DNA from: an uncultured Gammaproteobacteria bacterium
GTDB lineage: Bacteria > Patescibacteriota > Microgenomatia > Daviesbacterales > UBA10151
Reading direction: 5' to 3'
Length of the DNA: 64,000 bases
NCBI GenBank assembly: GCA_964500725.1
Contig: CAZCNP010000002.1
Coordinates: 133,347-197,346 of the forward strand
Shown here piece by piece: positions 58,850-64,000 of this stretch. The notes below the pieces were generated by a model. That model was not told the DNA's origin, did no database searches, and worked only from the letters and a program-made list of their open reading frames with translations. Within the stretch, counting starts at the first letter, position 1, and each line of letters starts with the position of its first letter. A program made the position numbers and the translations under genes.

Positions 58850-60148
58850 ATGAATCGTGGTATTTTTCAGGATATTTATCTATTTTGGATGGAACTGGTT
58901 CATGTTTTCTTATTTTGGATTGCAATAAGAATGCCTCTTGATAACAAGATCTGGATTTTTGGCTCCTGGTTCGGTGAAACTTATAATGATAACAGCAGGT
59001 ATATATTTGAATATGTTAGTGAAAATCTTCCTAATGTAACTGCAATCTGGCTTAGTAGAAAAAAGGACTTGGTAAAGGATTTACAACGAAAGGGATACAG
59101 GGCTTATTCTTTTTATAACCCCTTAGGGATTTGGTATGCCCTACGGGCTGGAATAGCAGTATTTAGCGTGGGTTATACAGCAGATCTGCCCGGGTTTTGT
59201 ATTTCTAGCTCAAAAAAACTAATTCAGTTATGGCATGGGATAGGTACAAAAAAAATAGGTGTAATGAATACAAAGCAAAAAGACACCAACGAAAAAATAT
59301 ATCCCTATATCCAAAATCCTTATTTAATAAAAATTATTCTGCGTTTATCTAAAATGTTATTTGATTCAACTGCGGTCAAGATTAACCATTTGGTCTATAA
59401 ATTAGAACTTTTCCAGAATTACACATTCTTTCCTACCTTGTCTCCGAGTATTAAAAAAATGGCAATTGAATCTTTCAATCTGTCCGAGGATAGAGTCATC
59501 GTTACCGGCTCTCCCAGGAATGACGTGTTGTTTAGTGAAAAAATTAAAATCACCGGTAAGATTGCTAAAGTAATTGAAAATGTTCATAAAAAAGGCGGTT
59601 TTGTTGGCTTCTATATGCCCACCCATAGGCAAGAGGGCGGGGAAGAAATGCTAAAAATTATTACCGATAATTTGAATCAATATCAAAAGATGCTTGAGGA
59701 GAAAAATATTTATCTTCTGGTGAAACTTCATCAGTTTCATCAACATGAGTCAAGCTCGAAGAAGTTAAAAAATATAATATACGTCACTAACCAGGATTTG
59801 GATGGAGATATCTATCCATATTTACCAAAGACTGATTTTTTGATAACAGATTATTCAACTATTTATATAGATTATCTTTTAGTAGACAAGCCGATTGTTT
59901 TTTTGAATTATGATCTTGACAGATACACGGCTTTGGACAGAGAACTTTATTTTCCTTATGAAGAAGTTACACCCGGACCAAAAGTAACTTCATGGTTACG
60001 ACTTATTCCGACATTGAGTAAACAACTTAAAGAGGATAGTTATAAAAAGCAACGACAAAAAATGAAACAATTTTTTCACACATACCCTGATGGAAACAGC
60101 AGTAAGCGCATTGCAGAGAGGATCTACAAGGATTTTGTAGAAAAATAA
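58850..60148 (+). CDS. CDP-glycerol glycerophosphotransferase-family (TagB/TagF-like) phosphotransferase.
   Basis: IQLWHGIGTKK and FLITDYSTIYIDYLLVDKPIVFLNYDLDRY match TagF catalytic-domain motifs. Confidence 0.7.
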   Translation: MNRGIFQDIYLFWMELVHVFLFWIAIRMPLDNKIWIFGSWFGETYNDNSRYIFEYVSENLPNVTAIWLSRKKDLVKDLQRKGYRAYSFYNPLGIWYALRAGIAVFSVGYTADLPGFCISSSKKLIQLWHGIGTKKIGVMNTKQKDTNEKIYPYIQNPYLIKIILRLSKMLFDSTAVKINHLVYKLELFQNYTFFPTLSPSIKKMAIESFNLSEDRVIVTGSPRNDVLFSEKIKITGKIAKVIENVHKKGGFVGFYMPTHRQEGGEEMLKIITDNLNQYQKMLEEKNIYLLVKLHQFHQHESSSKKLKNIIYVTNQDLDGDIYPYLPKTDFLITDYSTIYIDYLLVDKPIVFLNYDLDRYTALDRELYFPYEEVTPGPKVTSWLRLIPTLSKQLKEDSYKKQRQKMKQFFHTYPDGNSSKRIAERIYKDFVEK

Positions 60149-60153
60149 TTTAG

Positions 60154-62082
60154 ATGGTTTTTGTTGACTTACTATCTTTTATTCTTTTTCAGTTACTGGT
60201 TGTATATCCTTTGGGAAAGATCATCTTAGATTTTTTAGAAATAAAGCTTTGGTGGGTTCAGAGTTTGATATTTGGTATAAGCATAGGTATAGTTGTTTTA
60301 ACTATATCCGCTTTATTTTTAGGTTATACAAATAATTATAGTTTGCTGCCTTTGCTGATAACAATTCCTCCCTTATTATTCATTTTTAGGCTTAAAAAAA
60401 ATTCATTACGGCAATTTAGTCCTAAAAAGATCTTGCACAGACCTGATCTAATTGTTGTATCTGCAATAATATTATGTGTTTTAATACAGTCCATTATTGT
60501 ATTTCCTAACGGGGTAAGGCCGGATGGCAGCCTAAGGCTTAAAGGTGTTTTTACGGAGGATGGTTCGTGGCATATTGCAATTATAAATAATATCAAAAAA
60601 TCTATACCCCCGGAAAATCCTGTTTTCGCCAGTGAAAAACTAGTTAACTATAATTACTTTTCAGATATATATATTGCAACTATACAGAGATTTACAGGCA
60701 TAGACACTTTAATTTTATATTTTAAATTAATAGGACCTTTCTTAGCCCTAATTTGTGCCTCAACGCTTTATTTTTTGCTTGAGGGATTTATCCGGAATAG
60801 ATTGATAAGCAGCGCAGGGGTACTTTTGGTAACACTAAGCAGTACTTATTATTACATTTTTGGAATTTTTAAGCCCAATTTAAATCCTTCAAGCTTTTTT
60901 GGAAATGATTATGTCAGCAGGATGGTAAACTATCAATTATCGTTTTCATATATAATAATAACTACCTTCTTATTCCTGCTTTTATCCTACAAAAAAATAA
61001 ACTCACTCAAATTCTCTCTGGTAGCAGCGCTTTTGATTGGCAGCGGAATAGGCTTTAAATCATACGGCACTATTTTACTAATTGCGGCACTTTTTCTTAT
61101 TGGCATCTACAGAATTTTTAAAAAGGATTTTAGTTATATAAAAATTGCTTTTTTAAGTTGTGTTTTTACTTCTATTTTAAGCTTTTTATTTCTAAGAAGC
61201 AGCCAGGTTACAGAGGCAATATTTGCATTTAACCCGTTATGGTTAATTGAAAATATTTTTAGCGACCCTTTAAGGTTAAATTCTCCTGCTTGGGAAGCAC
61301 AAAAAAATTGGTACTTTCAAAATAGTAATTATCTAGGAGTTACATATCTTTATATAAAAGGTATAGTCATTTTTTTATCTGCAGGCCTTGGCTTAAAATT
61401 ACTTGGTTTTTTTTCTTTTATCAAAATTCAAGAGAGCAGAAAGAGAGAAATAGTCTTGCTGTTAACAATGGTTGCTTTAATCGGTATTCTAATGCCGCTT
61501 ACTTTTACCCAGGGAGGTGTTAAATGGAATACGGTTCAGTTTATTTGGTATTCGGGTTTAAGCCTAGGTATTTTATTGGTTGTTTTTATTGCAGATTTAT
61601 ATCATAGACTAGGTCCGAAACAAGTTTTGATAATAATATTATTTATCTGGATTTCCTATTTGCCCGGGGTATATTATTACAGTAAATTTTACCTGTCTGA
61701 TACCGGCAATTTAACAACGTATAATTTTCAAGGAACCCAGCAATCCTACCAAGCAGCTGAGTTTTTATCCTCTCAGGAGAATGGAATATTGCTTCTTGAT
61801 TCAAATTATTCACAAACTCCTTTTATCATGGCAATTTCAGAAAAGAATGCTTACTTTGCTGATGAAAGCTTATTATCTAATTTGCTTATCAGTTGGCAAA
61901 TTCGCAGCGGGCAAGTTCAGCGCTTTTTTGGCAATTCTACAGAAAAATATAAGGAAAATTTCCTGAAAGAAAACAAAATTTCTTATATCTTTACAATTAA
62001 AGATGGTTTAAAATCAAAAGAATATTTAGATAATATATATACCAATAATGAAGTATCAATATATAAGATTAAACTAGAATAA
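60154..62082 (+). CDS. Polytopic membrane protein (642 aa). Possible GT-C glycosyltransferase or polymerase-like.
   Basis: More than 12 hydrophobic helices, then a ~150 aa C-terminal hydrophilic domain. Confidence 0.4.
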   Translation: MVFVDLLSFILFQLLVVYPLGKIILDFLEIKLWWVQSLIFGISIGIVVLTISALFLGYTNNYSLLPLLITIPPLLFIFRLKKNSLRQFSPKKILHRPDLIVVSAIILCVLIQSIIVFPNGVRPDGSLRLKGVFTEDGSWHIAIINNIKKSIPPENPVFASEKLVNYNYFSDIYIATIQRFTGIDTLILYFKLIGPFLALICASTLYFLLEGFIRNRLISSAGVLLVTLSSTYYYIFGIFKPNLNPSSFFGNDYVSRMVNYQLSFSYIIITTFLFLLLSYKKINSLKFSLVAALLIGSGIGFKSYGTILLIAALFLIGIYRIFKKDFSYIKIAFLSCVFTSILSFLFLRSSQVTEAIFAFNPLWLIENIFSDPLRLNSPAWEAQKNWYFQNSNYLGVTYLYIKGIVIFLSAGLGLKLLGFFSFIKIQESRKREIVLLLTMVALIGILMPLTFTQGGVKWNTVQFIWYSGLSLGILLVVFIADLYHRLGPKQVLIIILFIWISYLPGVYYYSKFYLSDTGNLTTYNFQGTQQSYQAAEFLSSQENGILLLDSNYSQTPFIMAISEKNAYFADESLLSNLLISWQIRSGQVQRFFGNSTEKYKENFLKENKISYIFTIKDGLKSKEYLDNIYTNNEVSIYKIKLE

Positions 62083-62988
62083 ATGAAAAATATATTAACG
62101 GGGATTAGTCTGATTATTCATTCTAAAAACGAAGAAAGAAATATCAAAAACTGCATTTTATCAGTAAACCAGTTAGCAGAAGAGGTAATAGTTATAGATA
62201 TGTCGAGCAGCGATAAAACTGTCAAAATAGCAGAGTCTCTGGGAGCAAGAGTAATAAATATTCCTGATAAAGGCTTTGTTGATAATTATAGAAACTGGGG
62301 ATTTTCTAAAACTAATAAACCATGGATAATTTCTATTGATGCAGATGAAAGATTAACACAAAATCTGATAAAAATATTCAAAAGAGTGGTTGAGGAGGAT
62401 CAGTATGATGTTGTTGTTGCGCCTAGAAAAAATATCCGTTTTAATAAATGGATAAAACACGGGGGTTTTTGGCCAGACGCACAGCCGATAATATGGAAAA
62501 AAGGTTTTCTAACTTGGCCAAAAAATATCAAGCAAGCCCATATTTTACCATTAGTTAAGGGAAGGGTATTAACGCTTGAGCCTAAGGAGGAGAACGCTTT
62601 GATTCATTACAACTGCGAGAACTTGAAGCATTTCTTTTTAAAATTTGTAAGCTATGCTACCGCAGAAGGAAACGGGGGATTTTTTAACCAGAGAAATATT
62701 ACATTTCAACATCTTGTCAATTATTGTGAAGGCGAATTTAGGTACCGCTACTTTGATGAAAAGGGATATTTAGATGGGATGCATGGCTTTGTATTTGCTA
62801 AGTTTAGGGAATTTTACAAGTTTGTTGAGTTTGTTAATTGGTGGGAGAAAGAAGGTTATCCTGAAATATTCAAACAGGATGATATTTTAGGAAATATATT
62901 AAAAAGAGGGGAGTCAGAAGAGTTTCGTTCTTCAAAGTTCTTTACTGCATGGAGGATTTTTAATGGGATTAAGAAATTTGGCAGCTGA
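62083..62988 (+). CDS. Glycosyltransferase family 2-like.
   Basis: ISLIIHSKNEERNIKNCILSV...VIVIDMSSSDKT...SIDADE. Confidence 0.5.
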   Translation: MKNILTGISLIIHSKNEERNIKNCILSVNQLAEEVIVIDMSSSDKTVKIAESLGARVINIPDKGFVDNYRNWGFSKTNKPWIISIDADERLTQNLIKIFKRVVEEDQYDVVVAPRKNIRFNKWIKHGGFWPDAQPIIWKKGFLTWPKNIKQAHILPLVKGRVLTLEPKEENALIHYNCENLKHFFLKFVSYATAEGNGGFFNQRNITFQHLVNYCEGEFRYRYFDEKGYLDGMHGFVFAKFREFYKFVEFVNWWEKEGYPEIFKQDDILGNILKRGESEEFRSSKFFTAWRIFNGIKKFGS

Positions 62989-63961
62989 TTCTACTTAATA
63001 TCTTAACAACCCTAAGACCTAAATTACCATCGTTATAAGGAATTTTATTATATAAAACAGCATTAATAAATGAATTGATTATTTCAAGAAGAGATTCGGT
63101 ATTCTCCATTTTCGGGGTCATTATTTTACCTGATTTGTATGTTATCCCTTTAGTAATATCAACTTGAGAGTTGAAAACTTGTAATCTTGTACTAGGGTCA
63201 GTATCATCCCATACAAGCATCTTTTTATTTCCTGCAATGGTGATATGCCGGATTTTAACCGGAGAGAGCCAGCTTAGGTATATATTTGCCGTAAAGCCAT
63301 TGCTGTATTTTAAAAATAAGTTTCCTTGCTCGATATATTTGGGTTGATGGAAGATATATGATGATCCTACAGTATAAACCTCTTTCGGTTCCTCTTTATC
63401 TAACAGGTAATCAAGTATGGCAAGGTCATGAGGGGCAAGGTCGACAAATACATTAGTTGATTTATCAATCCTTCCTAAGTTAGACCGTATAGAATTATAG
63501 TAATAAAGTTTACCAAGATTATTACGGTTCATCAACGATTTAATTTTTTTAACAGGCTCAGAAAAGATATATGGATGATCAACACAAAGAACAACTTTTT
63601 TCTCAGCTGCTAGTTTAATCAAATCCTGAGCCTCTTTAACCGTAGAAGTCATTGGTTTTTCAACAAGGACATGTTTGCCGGCAAGTATAAATTCCCGGGA
63701 TACCCTAAAGTGATCTATGGTGGGAACTGCAACTACAACACAGGTTACTTCCTTATCATAAATAATCTTTCTGTAATCAGGAGTAATAGCGATATCGGGA
63801 TAATCAGATTTAGCTTTATTTAAATTGTTCAAAGACAAGTCGCAAACATATTTAACTTCAACTTGAGGATGTTTAGATAAATTCCTAAGAAGGTTTGGTC
63901 CCCAGTAGCCGAATCCTACGAGTGCAACTTTAACCATATTATAATTTTTCTGCAATTTCAT
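62969..63961 (-). CDS. Gfo/Idh/MocA-family oxidoreductase.
   Basis: VKVALVGFGYWGPNLLRNL and VLVEKPMT. Confidence 0.7.
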   Translation of the reverse strand: MKLQKNYNMVKVALVGFGYWGPNLLRNLSKHPQVEVKYVCDLSLNNLNKAKSDYPDIAITPDYRKIIYDKEVTCVVVAVPTIDHFRVSREFILAGKHVLVEKPMTSTVKEAQDLIKLAAEKKVVLCVDHPYIFSEPVKKIKSLMNRNNLGKLYYYNSIRSNLGRIDKSTNVFVDLAPHDLAILDYLLDKEEPKEVYTVGSSYIFHQPKYIEQGNLFLKYSNGFTANIYLSWLSPVKIRHITIAGNKKMLVWDDTDPSTRLQVFNSQVDITKGITYKSGKIMTPKMENTESLLEIINSFINAVLYNKIPYNDGNLGLRVVKILSRISCQIS

Positions 63962-64000
63962 TTAGTGATTTAACTATGTATTTTATTTCTCCCGAAGTTA

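Overview
The 64 kb window reads as a single large glycan-biosynthesis locus in an AT-rich, gene-dense bacterial genome. There are good Shine-Dalgarno sites, many ATGA start/stop overlaps, and standard TGA stops. No rRNA, tRNA, CRISPR array or mobile-element gene was recognised. About 60 genes encode nucleotide-sugar pathway enzymes, at least 8 GT2-family glycosyltransferases, three very large polytopic membrane proteins (722, 1147 and 642 aa) and two exporters (a Wzx-like flippase and a Wzm/Wzt ABC-2 transporter). Modules recognised from motifs: (i) a complete GDP-D-glycero-alpha-D-manno-heptose pathway (GmhA, HddA, an HddC-GmhB fusion) interleaved with an RmlC-like cupin and extended SDRs, suggesting a modified or 6-deoxy heptose; (ii) a UDP-glucose dehydrogenase and UXS-like decarboxylase pair next to a glucose-1-P cytidylyltransferase (RfbF); (iii) a GDP-fucose-synthase-like gene whose Rossmann motif lies upstream of any ATG/GTG/TTG; (iv) a nonulosonic-acid module (NeuB-like, NeuA-like, CBS-domain-fused DegT aminotransferase, GNAT); (v) a DegT-family enzyme with His in place of the PLP lysine (ColD/E1-type 3-dehydratase); (vi) five Gfo/Idh/MocA oxidoreductases and at least eight SAM methyltransferases, including three paralogous Zn-ribbon C-methyltransferase-like genes; (vii) three DUF218 (YdcF/ElyC/SanA)-like paralogs. 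The most notable system is at the 3' end: a Fom1-like cytidylyltransferase-PEP mutase fusion, phosphonopyruvate decarboxylase, Fe-alcohol dehydrogenase and a TagF-family phosphotransferase. This predicts CMP-2-hydroxyethylphosphonate synthesis and transfer of the phosphonate onto a glycan. All functional calls rest on motif recognition by eye and were not checked by database searches.
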